64,000 nt of DNA, from assembly GCA_951406725.2 (NCBI GenBank), contig OX597833.1, positions 39,122,001-39,186,000 on the forward strand. Direction: 5' to 3'. Source of the stretch: Octopus vulgaris (taxonomy: Eukaryota). Below the pieces are notes generated by a model. That model was given only the letters and a program-made list of their open reading frames with translations, was not told the DNA's origin and did no database searches. Positions 14,355 through 28,999 of this stretch are shown here, piece after piece. The first letter of the stretch is position 1. Each line of letters starts with the position of its first letter. The translations under genes and the position numbers were made by a program.

Positions 14355-14417
14355 GTGTTGCTGCCATTCTGTGTAGTAATGCCATCACAGTCAATACTGC
14401 AGAGTGCGGCTGAGCAC
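14355..14417 (+). ncRNA. Candidate pre-miRNA-like hairpin in apparently unique sequence
   Basis: GTGTT-GCTGC(C)ATTCTGT(GT)AGTA-A-TG, 10-nt loop, CA-A-TACT-GCAGAGT-GCGGC(TG)AGCAC; about 23 bp including four G-U pairs. Confidence 0.3.
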
Positions 14418-15072
14418 ACCACTTGTTCTAAGGTATGTCGATCATCAGCCCTCTCCCTCCGTCTTTGATTACTTCTCCTCTTTTTTCTCCCCTTTTCTTT
14501 TTCTTTTTTCATCTTTTTAAAGTTTTTATAAGTATATAAAATGTTTCAAAATAAAAAGTAAAATATAAGATTTTTTAAAGATCGTTACCAACGTCGCCTT
14601 ACTGGCACTTGTGCTGGTGGCACAGGAAAAACATTCAAGCAAGGTCGTCGCCAGTACTACCTGACTGGCTCTCGTGCCAGTGACACGTACAGGCACCTGC
14701 TTGGAGTGGTTGGCATTAGGAAAGGCTTCCAGCTGTAGAAACTCTGCCAGATCAGATTGGATCCTGGTACAGCCATCTGGTTTGACAGTCCTCAGTCAAA
14801 GTGTCCAACTTATGCTAGCATAGAAAGTGGACGTTAAACGATGATGATGATGATCATCATCATTAAAAGCATCCAGCACACACTGTAAAGTGGTTGGTGT
14901 CAGAAAGGGCATCCAGCCATAAAAATCATTGCCAAATCAGACAGGAGTCTGGTGCAACACCCCAGCTTGCCAGCTCTGGTCAAACCATTCAGCCCATGCC
15001 AACTCTGGTCAAACCATCTAACTTATGTCAGCATGGAAAACAGATGTTAAAAGCTGTTGAAGATGATGATGT

Positions 15073-15119
<47 letters not shown>

Positions 15120-16904
15120 CTGATGATAAGGATGCTGATGATGAGGATGCTGATGATGAGGATGCTGATGATGAGGATGAGGATGAGGATGTTGATGAAT
15201 GGTTATGAGGGTCCACCAGGGTAAAATAGGAATCAAAGGATGTCCATAGGCAAAAAAAAAAATCTTGAGAACTACTGAACTGGTAGGAAGATTTGACTGG
15301 TTTCTAAAAAGCTGGTCAAACCCGTTGAGTCTCCACCATTGGTTTATGTGTGGTGTGGGGATAGAAGGTGCAGATGAAAATGGTGAAGTGGAATTGAAAT
15401 ATTGGAAGTGGAAAGAACAGAAAACGCAACAACAACAACAGCAGCATCAACAACAACAACAAACAGTGACAACAACAACAACAACAACAAAAGGAATAAT
15501 CATGAAATTGGAATGGTTCCGATATTAATAACAGACTGACGTGTAAGAGTATGTCTTGGAGTATCTTACCTGGATCAATGATGGAGATGGAGACACAAGA
15601 GGAAGATGAAGTAGCAGCTTATCTTGTGTTCTTCGTATAAAAATCTGGAATCTACCCAACTCATTCTATACTTTTTACATAATTCTATAAAGAATTTGAA
15701 ATTTCAATAAATTATTTGGATTTCTGAACAATTCATACATAGATACACACAAACATATGTACATTCAATCATGCACGCGCACACACACACACTCACACAC
15801 ACACACACATATGTATGTATTTATATATATGTATATGTGTGTGTATATATATATATGAAATATATATACATATATATATATATACACACATATATATATA
15901 TATATATATACATATATATAAATGCACATATATATATATGTATATATATATATATACATATATATATGTGTGTGTGTGTGTATGCATGTATATATATATA
16001 TGTATATATATTATTAATATTAACAGTAATATTAATATTTATATTGATGTATATACGTAATATTTTCAATGTAAATATACATATTATGTGTGTGTGTGTG
16101 TGTATGTGTATGTGTGTGTGTGTATATATGTGCATGCATGTGTGTGCGTGTGCGTGTATGTGTTTACAGAATTCAGGTATAGCAACAACAAACACCTTTG
16201 CAACATGAACAAACAACAACACAAACAACAACAACAGCAACAATAATAATTCTAATGGCAACAATAATGAAAGCAAAAAGCAATCTCAACTGACATAACA
16301 ACCAGCAACAACAACAACAACGCCAACATCAACATCAATATAATAATAATAATAAATAGATAAAAACAGATTAGCTGTGTGACTTTTGTATATCTAGATG
16401 ATGTAGGCAATGTACTGATGATGTGAGTTTTGCAATGTAGAAGATGACAGAACGGAGAGGTGGTGGGGTGGGTTTAGAGCGAGTTGGGGGTGTGGTGGTT
16501 TTAAATGGGGGGGAAAACCAAAACAAATAAACTCAATGTAGAAATAAATAAACAAATTTGTTTTGTTTGCTCAAAGTGGTTTTATGTGTGTCTATATGTG
16601 TGTATGCATATGTGTGTGTGCTTGTGTGTGTGTGTGTGGGTGCGTGTGTGTGTGTACTTTTGAGATTTACCAAAAACTCGTCCGATCCGAGACTATGTTA
16701 AAGTTCTTGCTGGATTATGCTGATTCCAGCTTTTAATGCACCGTTTTTCAAAGAAGTCAATGCAGATCGTCTCTTGAGTAGCTTTCAGAGCTGAGTCTTA
16801 GCTCTGTCAATTATATAAACATCACAAATATAACGACGACGCCAACAACATCAGTAGCTACATCTACAGCTACTACAATGACTACAGAAAACATCAGCAA
16901 GGGC

Positions 16905-17002
<98 letters not shown>

Positions 17003-17070
17003 CAGCAGTACTAGTGGTGTTGGTGGTGTTGGTGGTGGTGGTGGTGGTAGTAGTAGTAGTAGTGGTAGTG

Positions 17071-17131
<61 letters not shown>

Positions 17132-17405
17132 CAGTAAAACTTTTGTAGACTGCTTTATAGAAAAATATTTATACTATTCCTCTGGTGGTGGTGTTTGTAG
17201 TGGTTGTAGTAGTAGTGATGATGGTATTGGTGATAGTGATGGTGGTGGTGGTGTTGGTGGTAGTAGTGGTGATGATGGTACGGGTGATAGTGATGATGAT
17301 GGCTGGGATAGTAGTGGTGGCGGTGGTGGGCAATGGACATTAAATGATGATGATGATGATGACACATACATACATACTTATATACACAAACACACACACA
17401 CACAC

Positions 17406-17450
<45 letters not shown>

Positions 17451-17849
17451 TATGTATATAAATTTAATGACCTTCTTTAGTTTCTGTCAACCAAATCCAG
17501 TCACAAGGCTTTAGTCAACCCAAAGCTATAGAAGAAATCACTTGACCATGGTGTCACACAATGGAACTGAACCCAGAACCATGTAGTTGGGAAGCAAATT
17601 CTTACCACACAGCCACACGTGCACCTACAAAAATCATATAAAATACTGACACTAAACAATACTATCAAAAGGATCATGGGGTTAGTTTCCTGGATTCTGT
17701 GGCACAGATATTCCCCACTGGATGGGACATTGGTCCATCACAGGCTTACTCATTTCTGCCAGCTGATTGGACTGGAGCAATGTGAGAGGAAGTGTTTTGC
17801 TCAGAAATGCAATGCATTACTCGGTCTAGGAACTGAAACCACAATTTTA

Positions 17850-18322
17850 TACATTATTTACATTATTTATATTATTTACATTCAACAGATATTTGTCCTC
17901 ATCTTGTTTGTTGTTAACACGTTTCGGCTGATATACCCTCCAGCCCTCATCAGGTGTCTTGGGGAAATATTGAACCTGGGTTCCCTTAATCACTATGCCA
18001 TATGCCCGTGGGCATATTGCATAGTGGTTAAGGGCGCAGGCTACTAACCCCAAGATTCCGAGTTCAATTCCAGGCAGTGACCTGAACAACAACAACAACA
18101 ACAACAATAATAATAATAATAATAATAATGATAACATCGAAAAATACCTTAGGAATGAGAACCCAGGTTCGAAATTTCCCCAAGACACCAGATGAAGGCT
18201 GGAGGGTATGCCAGCCAAAACGTTGTGTTAACAACAAACAAGATGAGGACAAATATCCGCCAAATGTAAATAATGGAAATAATGTATATAATGTACAAAA
18301 TTCCTCATCGCTTAAATATAGA
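17850..18322 (+). mobile_element. tRNA-headed, HHR-tailed element with an inverted partial duplicate
   Basis: tRNA-like head 18010-18082 (A box TTGCATAGTGG, B box GAGTTCAATTCC), (AAC)n(AAT)n spacer, tail 18135-18322 with HHR at 18184-18229. Inverted tail copy at 17850-17984; inverted head stub at 17983-18007. Confidence 0.75.
17916..17958 (-). ncRNA. Minimal hammerhead ribozyme with a 3-nt deletion at the cleavage site
   Basis: GACAC-CTGATGA-G-GGCTG-gagggtatat-CAGCC-GAAAC-GTGTT; the sister copy retains AAACGTT-GTGTT. Confidence 0.65.
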
Positions 18323-19686
18323 ACACAATCTTATAATCATGAGTGCAACACCCTCACCTCCAAGCCACATGCCTCTTGCAGTCACCTGGTCCAGGAATTG
18401 AAACCACAATCTTATGACCATGAGTACAATCTCCTTACTACTAAGCCATGTGTCTCCACAAACAATGCTCTAGAATATCTTATAAGAACTTATACTCTTT
18501 AATGCTAGAACACATATTATGCAGAACATACACTACAGAATAATATATCACATTTTGTTTAATATATCACTACTAAATCACTCTGCTGTGCTATAATAAT
18601 TATAACAAACTAACAAAGGTGTCATTTCTCATCACATATTAGAAATAGAAGTCAAATCACCCTCAAATCACGCTCAAATGAAAAATTATATTAAAAAGAA
18701 AATTAAGAAAGGAAAATAATTTATATGATTATGTTTCCCTGAATATACTGTCTGAAATAGAAGACATGATGGTCATGCCTGGAAAAGTTTTGATCTGGAT
18801 CAGGACTAAACAACAAAAATAACTGTTCCAAACAGAAGAAAACATGTCCAGGATTATATCCCATAATTATGAAAAAAAAAAGGTCACCAACTAATATTAC
18901 TAAGATTGTATGGCAAGAAGTTTACATCTTGATCACATGGTTTTGGGTTCAGTATCACTATGTGGAACCTTGGGGAAGTGTCTTCTACTAAGGCCCCATA
19001 CCAACCAAAGCCTGTCACAGGATAGAAACTGAAAGAATCCCATCATGTACATATATATATATGGCACAGACATGGCTGTGTGGTAAGCAGCTTGCAGTTT
19101 GTTTCTCAATTACATGGTTCTGGGTTCAGTCCTATTGCAGTTTGTTTCTCAATTACATGGTTCTGGGTTCAGTCCTATGGGCAAGTGTCTTCTACTATAT
19201 CCTCGGGCTGACCAAAGCCTCATGAATGGATTTGGTAGAGAGAAACTGAAAGAAGCCCGTATATATATGTATATATCTACGTGTGTGTGTCATTGTGTCT
19301 GTGTTTGTCTCCACCATCACTGCTTGACAACTGGTGTTGGTGTGTTTACATCTCCTGTAACTTAGTGGTTCAGCAAAAGAGACTGATAGAATAAGTACAT
19401 GGCTTAAAAAAGAGCCCTGGGGTCTATTTTTTTTACTAAAACTCCTCTAGGTGGTGCTCCAGCATGGCCACAGTCAAATGACTGAAACATAATATTGACC
19501 ACATATGCATGTGTAATACGTTATTTGTTTGCTGGCAAACTGTGATTTAGCCTTCAAAGAAGCCAGGTGTTAAAATACCTGAAAGTCACAGACAGGTGAG
19601 ACAGCTCACCTCAAATCCCATTCTGAAGCAATGGACATCGATATTTCACCATTTTTGTGGTTTATTAATCAATATATATCTGCATG

Positions 19687-19997
19687 TGGAGGTGCAATGG
19701 CCCAGTGGTTAGGGCATGGACTCGCGGTCGTAGGATTGCAGTTTCGATTCCCAGACCGGGTGTTGTGAGTGTTTATTGAGCGAAAACACCTAAAACTCCA
19801 TGAGGCTCTGGCAGTGTGTGGTGGCGATCCCTGCTGTACTCTTTCACCACAACTTTCTCTCACTCTTTCTTCTGTTGGCCTGCTCGCTTAGCCAACAGGG
19901 TGGTGACATTTGAAGGCTAAAACAATGCGAAGCACATTGTGACCAGCGATGTGTAGCAACATCTGATAGCCTGGTCGGTCACAGTGATCACGGTGAT
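19687..19997 (+). mobile_element. tRNA-derived SINE (GGAGG..ATGGCCCAGTGGTTAG head)
   Basis: A/B boxes in the head; related heads at 56477-56780 (+) and 41453-41528 (-). Confidence 0.75.
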
Positions 19998-21294
19998 ATA
20001 TCTGGATACCTGTGTGTGTATCGTTGCGTTTGTGTTTGCCCTTCACCTCAACTAGGTAACCAGTGTTGGTTGGTTTATATCCTTGTAACTTAGCAGTTGG
20101 GAAAAACAGACTGCTAGAGTAAGTACCGGTTTTTTAAAAAAATCAGTACTGGGGTTGATTTGTTTGACTAAACCTTTCAAGGCAGTGCTCCAGCATGGCT
20201 GCAGTCAAATGACTGAAACAAGGTAAAGATTTAAAAAATAAACAATAAAGATGTATTTAACATGTAATTATAATATTTATCTATGTGAAAATGTAACGTT
20301 CAGTCTCTCTCTCTCTTTCACTGAAATGCTAACCGTTTCTGCTCATGACACATTTGTATAGCCTAGATTTTACCTCTTGCCCTATCTACTTGCCTCTTGC
20401 TGTGAGACACAAAGAAAAATATTAGAAACAAAGAAATAAAAAAAAACTACAGACAACCTGGATTAACTCAAAAATGCACACACCACGTATACACACACAC
20501 ACACACACACACTGTTTTGATAATTAATTATGATTGCAGCATAATAAATTGGAAACTTAGTGAACTGGAAAAGAAGAATAAAAAAAGAAAAAAAGAGGAC
20601 AAAAAATGCAAGATTGCTTGGTAAACAAGAAAATTTGTAACAAGATTTAGTATTCAGCAGTGAAAATCTGATATTGACAGAACATACTTGGGATGCATTG
20701 ATGGAGAAAGGGGATTGCTCTAAAAAGAAGATTATGATAAAGTAACTACAATAGGATTAAAAAAAAGCAGTCTTACTGTGGAAAATTGGCAAATTTGTTG
20801 GAGCACTGGACAGAATTCCTTGCACTATTGTCACTAGATCTCTGCACTATGAGTTCAAATCCTGCTAATATTACCTCTAAAGTGGCATGTTGGCAGAATC
20901 GTTTGCACGACAGGCAAAATGCTTAGCAGCATTTCATACGTCTTTACACTCTGAGTTCAAATTCCACCAAGGTCAACTTTACTTTTCATCTCTTTGGAGT
21001 TAATAGAATAAGTACCAGTTGAGTACTGGGGTTAGTATAATCGACTTATCCCCTTCTTCAAAGTTGCTGGCTTTGTGCCAAAATTTTAAATCAATATTGA
21101 CTCTGTCTGTCACCCTTCCAGGGTCAATAGTAAAGTACCAGTCAAGTACTGGGGAAAATCCCCATTTATTCTCTCTCTTTAAGAATTGACTGGAAGCAAG
21201 TAGAGGCTAGTATCATTCTATTTATGCACCAAAAACCAGCCTCTGTTGAACTTGGCCTTCAAGAGAATGCATAGAAGTGTATGTCATTGGACCA

Positions 21295-21903
21295 AACAGC
21301 ACTCTTATAGTACACTAATAACACTCTTGCAGTGCTCTCTTAGTACACCCCCAAATTTCTCATTGCACTCTAATAACACTCTCACATCACTTTCACAATA
21401 CTCTAACAGTATTTTCTCAACACTCTCTCAATACACTCCCGGAACTCTGTCAACATTCTTGGCATTCTTATGGTACTCTCACTACACTTTCATACACTTA
21501 TACAGCCTTCTCATAGCATTTTCCCGGTACTCTCACAACATTCTTACGATGCTAACAGAACTTTAACAACACTTTAACAGCACTTCCTCAGCACTCTATC
21601 AACACTCTCACAAGACTTTCATAACTCACTCCCAGTACTCTCTCAGCTCTTTTTCAGAACTCTAACAGCTCCCTTACAACACTCTCATAGGACTTTAACA
21701 TCACTGTCATAGCATTCTCTCAACACTTTAACAACACTCATAGTACTGCAACATATTTACCGCAATCCTACAACATCTTCATAGCACTCTCACAACACTC
21801 CCAAACCACTTTCACAGTATTCTAACAATGTTTTCACAGCAATCTCACATCACTCACACAACACTCTCATAGCCATCTCAAATTGCTCTCACAATATTCA
21901 TAG
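21295..21903. repeat. Degenerate ~11-bp minisatellite (CACTCTCACAA-like)
   Basis: Recurrent cactctcacaa / cactctcatag / cactttaacaa units over ~600 bp. Confidence 0.7.
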
Positions 21904-22234
21904 TGTGGATTTAGTAGACGGAAACTGAAAGAAGCCCATCGTATATATGTATATATGTATGTATGTGTGTGCATATGTTTGTGTGTCTGTGTTTGTCCCT
22001 CCAGCATCACTTGACAACCGATGCTGGTGTGTTTACATCCCTGTAACTTAGCAGTTCGGCAAAAGAGACCGACAGAATATGTACTAGGCTTACAAAGAAT
22101 AAGTCCTGGGGTCGATTTGCTCGACTAAAGGCAGTGCTCGAGCATGGCCGCAGTCAAATGACTGAAACAAGTAAAAGAGTAAAAGAGTAAGAGTAATGCC
22201 ATCCTCCTCTTCTCTCCTCCTCTTTACCACCACG

Positions 22235-22586
22235 GTTTCTGGCCCCCTAATTCCTAGATAGCGATCTCATGGATTACTATGCATTGGGCGCTGTTGAGGA
22301 AGACAAACTGCTTTGCCTGAAACACCAAGGCCAAGCAGGTGGCCATGATCAAGGAGGTGTTCAAAGATATTCCTAGGGACACAATGAGGAATGTATATCT
22401 CAGGTTCTGGAGCCATTTTGAGGCCATGGCAGAATTTCAGGGCAGCTACTCTGAGTAAAATGTTATTTCCAAGCAATAAACTTGTTGATATGCTTTGATT
22501 TTTTAAAATTCTTTTATTTTTGGGAGAGATGTTGTGTTACCTTTTCCTTTTATGTAAATTGTTAAATTTACTCCAAACACCCTATA
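22235..22586 (+). pseudogene. Tc1/mariner (maT-like) transposase 3' fragment with terminal end
   Basis: FWPPNS, MDYY..GAVE and NTKAK.VAMIKEVFKDIPRDT..RFWSHFEAMAE in broken frames; ends caccctaTA. Confidence 0.65.
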
Positions 22587-23969
22587 TGTAAGCACGTTAG
22601 TGTGTGTATGCATATATGTATGAATGTATGTATGTATGTATGTATGTGTGTGTATATGCGTTTACGTGTTTGCGTGTTTGCATGTTTGTGTGTGTAAATG
22701 AATATGTGCATGTGCTATGCCTGTACGTATGTGTGTATGTATGTATGAATCTATGTTCATCTATGTATGTATATATGTATGAATGTATGCATGTGAGGAG
22801 TATGTTTATGTATGTATGCATGTATGCATGTATATATGTATTACATACGTACATATATATATATGTATATGTATATGTACGTATGTGACCACAAGCCCTC
22901 AGAAACAGCTGTTGGACTTGTAAAACTCTTGCTCAACCCCTTTAATTCCTAATATCATTGCTATTCTATGTACATCAGACTTTTTTATATGTATACCTAC
23001 GTGCATTTTTTGTATTAAATGTATTTAGTATTTTTTGTATACCAACTTACCTAACTTGCTTATCCTTACATTCACTCCTCTATTTATATGTGTGTGTGTG
23101 TCTATGTGTGTGTGTGTGTATGTATGTATGTGTGTATGTATGTGAATGTGTCTATGTATGGATTTGTATATATATATATATATATATATATACAAATGTG
23201 GTAAGTAGCTTGCTTACCAACCACATGTTTCTGGATTCAGTCCCACTATAGCCTCAGGCCGACCAAAGCTTTGTGAGTGGATTTAGCAGACGGAAACTGA
23301 AAGAAGCCCTTCGTATATATATATATATATATATATATGCATGTGTGTATTTGTTTGTGTGTGTGTGTGTGTGTCCCCAACATCGCTTGACAACTGATGC
23401 TTGTGTGTTTATGTCCCTGTAACTTAGCGGTTCGGCATAAGAGACCGATAGAATAAGTACTAGGCTTACAAAGAATAAGTCCTGGGGTCGATTTGCTTGA
23501 CTAAAGGCAGTGCTCCGGCATGGTCGCAGTCAAAATGACTGAAACATGTTAAAGAGTAAAGAGTAAAAGAGTATATATGTAAGTGTATATGAAAATGTAC
23601 ATGAGTGTGTATGTGTGAGTGTATGTCTGTACATACGTATGGATATGTGAATATATGTTATATGTATGCATGTATGCATGAATGTATGTACAAATGTAGA
23701 AAAGTTTGGAAATTATTGCAGTTGACAAGGTACCATGTAAAAAATATATATTCAATGCATCTGTTAATATGGAATATAATTGAATTAAATATGTAAAAAT
23801 TAAATGAAATGAAAGGAAAGGAAACCCTATAAGCATCAATAGTCATTTCCAATGTTCAACCTTGAATGGAATTTATTTTTCTAATGTTAGTTATGTAATT
23901 CACTCACAAACACATGAACTAAAATAAGCTAACAATGTCTTTGCTACCAGAAAGAACATGCCTGCTATT

Positions 23970-24485
23970 ACTTTACTACTCACAAGGGGCTAAACACAGA
24001 AAGGATGAAAGACAAAGTTGACCTTGGCAGAATTAGAACTCAGAACGTAGTGGCAGACGAAATACCTATCTCTTTACTACCCACAAGGGGCTAAACACAG
24101 AGAGAACAAACAAGGACAAACAAACGGATTAAGTCGATTACATCGATCCCAGTGCATAACTGGTACTTAATTTATCGACCCCGAAAGGATGAAAGGCTAA
24201 GTTGACCTCGGCGGAATTAGAACTCAGAACATAGTGGCAGACAAAATACCTATCTGTTTACTACCCACAAGGGGCTAAACACAGAGAGGACAAACAAGGA
24301 CAGACAAACGGATTAATTCGATTATATCAACCCCAGTGAGTAATTGGTACTTATTTAATTGACTCCGAAAGGATGAAAGGCAAAGTCGACCTCGGCAGAA
24401 TTAGAACTCAGAATGTAGTGGCAGACAAAATACCGCAAAGCATTTCGCCTGGCGTGCTAACGCTTCTGCCACCTTGCCGCCTTAA
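23970..24485 (-). mobile_element. Tandem multimer of Nin/Deu-domain SINE
   Basis: TTTACTAC.CACAAGGGGCTAAACACAGA recurs at ~23972, 24072 and 24257; a single 5' head near 24485. Confidence 0.75.
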
Positions 24486-24717
24486 GACCATGTCTGCTAA
24501 TTATGTAATAAATGTTGCATTCCTATTAGTGGTTTGAAGGACATATATCTGTAGACAATATGAATTGACATGATACTGCATTGCATTTAACTGAGAAGAG
24601 ACATTAATGTAAAGGCAATGTGAAACACTGTAGATCACAAGCCTGGCTAAAAAGTCATCTTTGCTTTGCAGTTCATTAATAAGCAATGGCTATACTCGTT
24701 ATTGAGTCAACTTCTAT

Positions 24718-24753
<36 letters not shown>

Positions 24754-24848
24754 TGTGTGTGTTGTGTGTGTGTGTTTGTGTGTGTGTATTTGTGTGTGTG
24801 TGTTATGTATGTATGAATGTATATATATATGTATATAATGTATATATA

Positions 24849-24881
<33 letters not shown>

Positions 24882-24886
24882 GCATG

Positions 24887-24917
<31 letters not shown>

Positions 24918-25015
24918 GTATGTAAGTATGCATGTATGTATGCATGTATGTATGTATGCATGTATGTATGTATACACATATGTTTTGCATGGATGACTAA
25001 ATGGATGAATGGATG

Positions 25016-25062
<47 letters not shown>

Positions 25063-26434
25063 ATGTGTGTGTTGATGTGTGACTGTATTTGCATGTGTAT
25101 ATGTATATACCTATGTGTGAGTGGGTATGAGTGCATGTGTGAGGGAAAATCTGTGTGTATGTATAAGTATGCAAAGCTGCAAATGTGTTTGTATGTTTGT
25201 ATGTGTGAATATCAGTCTATCAGTGTGTTTTCTGTCAATGTATGTATGCACACATGTGCAACTATGTGTGTGCATGCATGTATGTTGTATGCATGTGTAT
25301 GTTTATGTGCATAATTAAGTGTATTATTTATTCATTTAAATTATGATTGGAAAACCCAAATTATATTATTATATTAATATTAATGTAACATCATAATTAA
25401 TATTTTTTATCAAGGCAGTATTATAAATTAAAAGGAAATTAAACAAGAAAAAAATAAAAAAAAAGGAAAATAATGGTAAAAAATAAAATGGGGGAATTTT
25501 AAAATTTAAAAAGATTTAAAGGAAAAAACATGATTTTTATATAGAAGAAACATCAACAATAAGAACAAACACATGAAGAAAAACCATCAACTTTATTGTT
25601 GCAATAACCGCATCTACAACCACAACCAGGCCACCAGTGCTACCACTACCACCACCATCACCACAACCACCACCACCACAATCACTGCCATCATAATCAT
25701 CACCATCGTTTTCACCACCACCACCTCTACTACCACCATCACTATCATCGCCATTGCTACCATCATCATTGCCCCCACCACCACCAATACCACCACCACC
25801 ACTACCACAAACATTATCATTTTCACTGACACCATCATCACCCCCCTCCACCATTCTCACTGCCACCATTACCCCCTCCCCCCAACCTATCTTAACCAAA
25901 TAATGTCTTACTATGACTGCTGTTTCTAATTAAAATCAAATAAAAATGTAGCTTTTATTGTTGTTGTTGTTGTTGTTTGTGGTGATGGTCGCGGTGAGGA
26001 CGGTGGTAATGGTGGAGGTGGAGAGGTTAATGGTATTAGTGATGGGGGTGTTAGTGAGGATGAAAAGTTATTCTGGCAGAAGTACAGTGATGGTGATAGT
26101 GATAACGACGGTGGTGGTGGTGGTGGTGGTGGTGATGATGGTAGTGGTGTTGATGATGGCAGTGATGATAATGGTGGTGGTTGTAATGATGGTGATGATG
26201 ACGATGATGATGATGGTGGTGATGATGATAATGATGATGATGATAATTTCTTCATTTAACAAAAAGCAAAAATCAAAATAATTTCACCACAACCACCATC
26301 ACACCATTACCACTACCATCACCACTGCTGCTGTTGCGACTCCTCCTCTCCTCCCCCTCCACTCCTCCCTCTTCCTCCCCTCCCCCTTACCCCTCTTCCT
26401 CCCCTCCTCTCCTTCCCTCATCCCTCTCCTCTAG

Positions 26435-26523
<89 letters not shown>

Positions 26524-26651
26524 ACTGCTGCTGCTGTTTCATATTTCCCTATTATTGCTAAGGCCATGCTGGAGCACAGGCCACTATTACTGCAATTATT
26601 TTATTTCGAACATCAAAAAAGATATTGGTAATAAAGGTACCACCCCCACCC

Positions 26652-26736
<85 letters not shown>

Positions 26737-27622
26737 AACTACTGCTGCTGGTGCTGGTGCTGCTAATAATAATGATAGTAATAATAATATTGATGATGAT
26801 GATGATGATAGCATCAACTACAACAGCAATATCAACAGCAACAAAAAAAAATAATTATTATTATTAACAACCATAAAAATGCAAGATTTAATTTGAAGAA
26901 ATGGACTTTAATTAATAGATTTTGGGCAAATTTTCAACAATTTCTATGAAACACAAAGACCAACTTTAACATTTCTGAGGGGAAGATTTTTTTTTAGTTT
27001 TTCATTCTGTTTTTACTTTATCTTCTTCTTGCTTTTTCTTTTATTTTTCTTTTGTTTGTTAAACATATTTAAAAAAAATTTTTTTTTTATATTTTGGTAT
27101 TTTTGAAGAAAACAAATAAAATATTTAAAAAAGATGTAATAATAATAAAGGTGCAGGAAAAATACATTTTTGAAAATATAAATTTCTTTATTGCAGTAGG
27201 AGTTGGTGAGGACGTCTTTTATTTATTTATTTGTATATATATATTTATTTTTTATTGATTGTTGTTTTGTATGTGTTTTTGGTACAGTTTATGATCAATT
27301 CATGTTTTCCTTTTAAGTTGGACTAAGTTTCTTTTTTTCATTTTTATTCTTATGCCCTTTCCTTCTCCTTTTTTTCCTAGTGTTTGTATTTTTTTGTTTT
27401 TCTTTGTTGTGGGAATTTTTCTTTATTTCTTATACAAGAATGGAAGGAGGCAACAAAACACCTCACCCCCACACACATAAACAAACATACGCACACACAC
27501 ATACATACACATGCATATATGTATTTGTACATACATATATTTATGTGTGTATAATTGCATATATATACATATATATGGAAACACATATATACATATATAT
27601 GTCCATATATATGTATATATAT

Positions 27623-27664
<42 letters not shown>

Positions 27665-27689
27665 CAAACATACATACATATATATATAC

Positions 27690-27728
<39 letters not shown>

Positions 27729-27834
27729 CTGTATATATTTATATATGTATGTGTATATGTTTGTACGTATGTATATATATATATATGTATGGATATATAT
27801 GTATATATATATATATATATGTATATATATGTGT

Positions 27835-27889
<55 letters not shown>

Positions 27890-28999
27890 TACACATATAT
27901 ATATATATATATATACACATATATTTAGTGAGAAGGCACATGGCCTAGAGGTTAGGTTGTTGCACTCATGATCACAATATCATGGTTTCGATTCCCAGAT
28001 CAAGCAGTGCATTGAGTCCTTGAGCAAAACACTTCATTACACATCGCTCTGCAATCATTTCAGGACCTGATGCATGGCACATTTGTGCACCTTGTACAGA
28101 CAATGTCAACTTGATAGACCAGGTGAGTTTATGTGCCACACAAAATATTTGATCCCTATAAATAAATCATTGCAGAATCCTCATACATTGTCTAATGGCA
28201 ATGGAGTTCATAATATATTAGTTTCAAATTTTGGCACAAGGCCAGCAATTTCAGGGAAGGGGTAAGTTGATTACATCGACCCCAATGTTCAATTGGTACT
28301 TATTTTACCGACCCCAAAAGATGAGAGGCTGAGTTGACCTCAGTGGAATTTGAACTTCCAATATAAAGAAAGATGAAATATTGCTAAGCACTTTGTACAT
28401 CATGCTAATGATTCTACCAGGTCACCACCTTGGGAAAGACCATAATATATTTGATACAAACTTACAATTCTTTCTCTCTACCCTCTCTCTTTTTTATCTT
28501 ATCACCTTTCAACACAGATCCATTTTCTGCCCATCTGTCCATCCATCCATTCTTCCATTCATTTCTCCATCTCTTCCACCATCCATCTATCCATCCATCC
28601 ATCGATCCATCCATCCATCCATCCATCCATCCATCCATCCATCCATCCATCCACCCATCCATCTAATAAGTGCACTGATATATATATATGTGTATATATA
28701 TAATCACACACACACTCTCACACATACACACATACATATATACTGACATATATGTATTTACTCACACACTGACATACGCTGACAAACGCATATCATTAAT
28801 ACAGACATGCTGACACATGCACTAACACACACATAGACACTGTGCTAATGTACTCTTACACAAACTCACACAAATACACACAGACATACACACACACACA
28901 CACACACACATGCACAAACATGCATAAGACAAACAAGAGCAATTACGATGATTGAGAATATCAATTTTAACTAATTAAATATTGAAATTATTTAGAGAT

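Noticed and set aside
14320-14420. SECIS element
   Set aside because: No RUGA/GA quartet at the correct helix spacing with an apical AA, and no linked UGA-containing ORF.
18010-18082. tRNA-like sequences (also 19687 and 56477) as true tRNA genes
   Set aside because: Acceptor and anticodon stems do not pair fully, and each continues into a repeat body; these are SINE heads.
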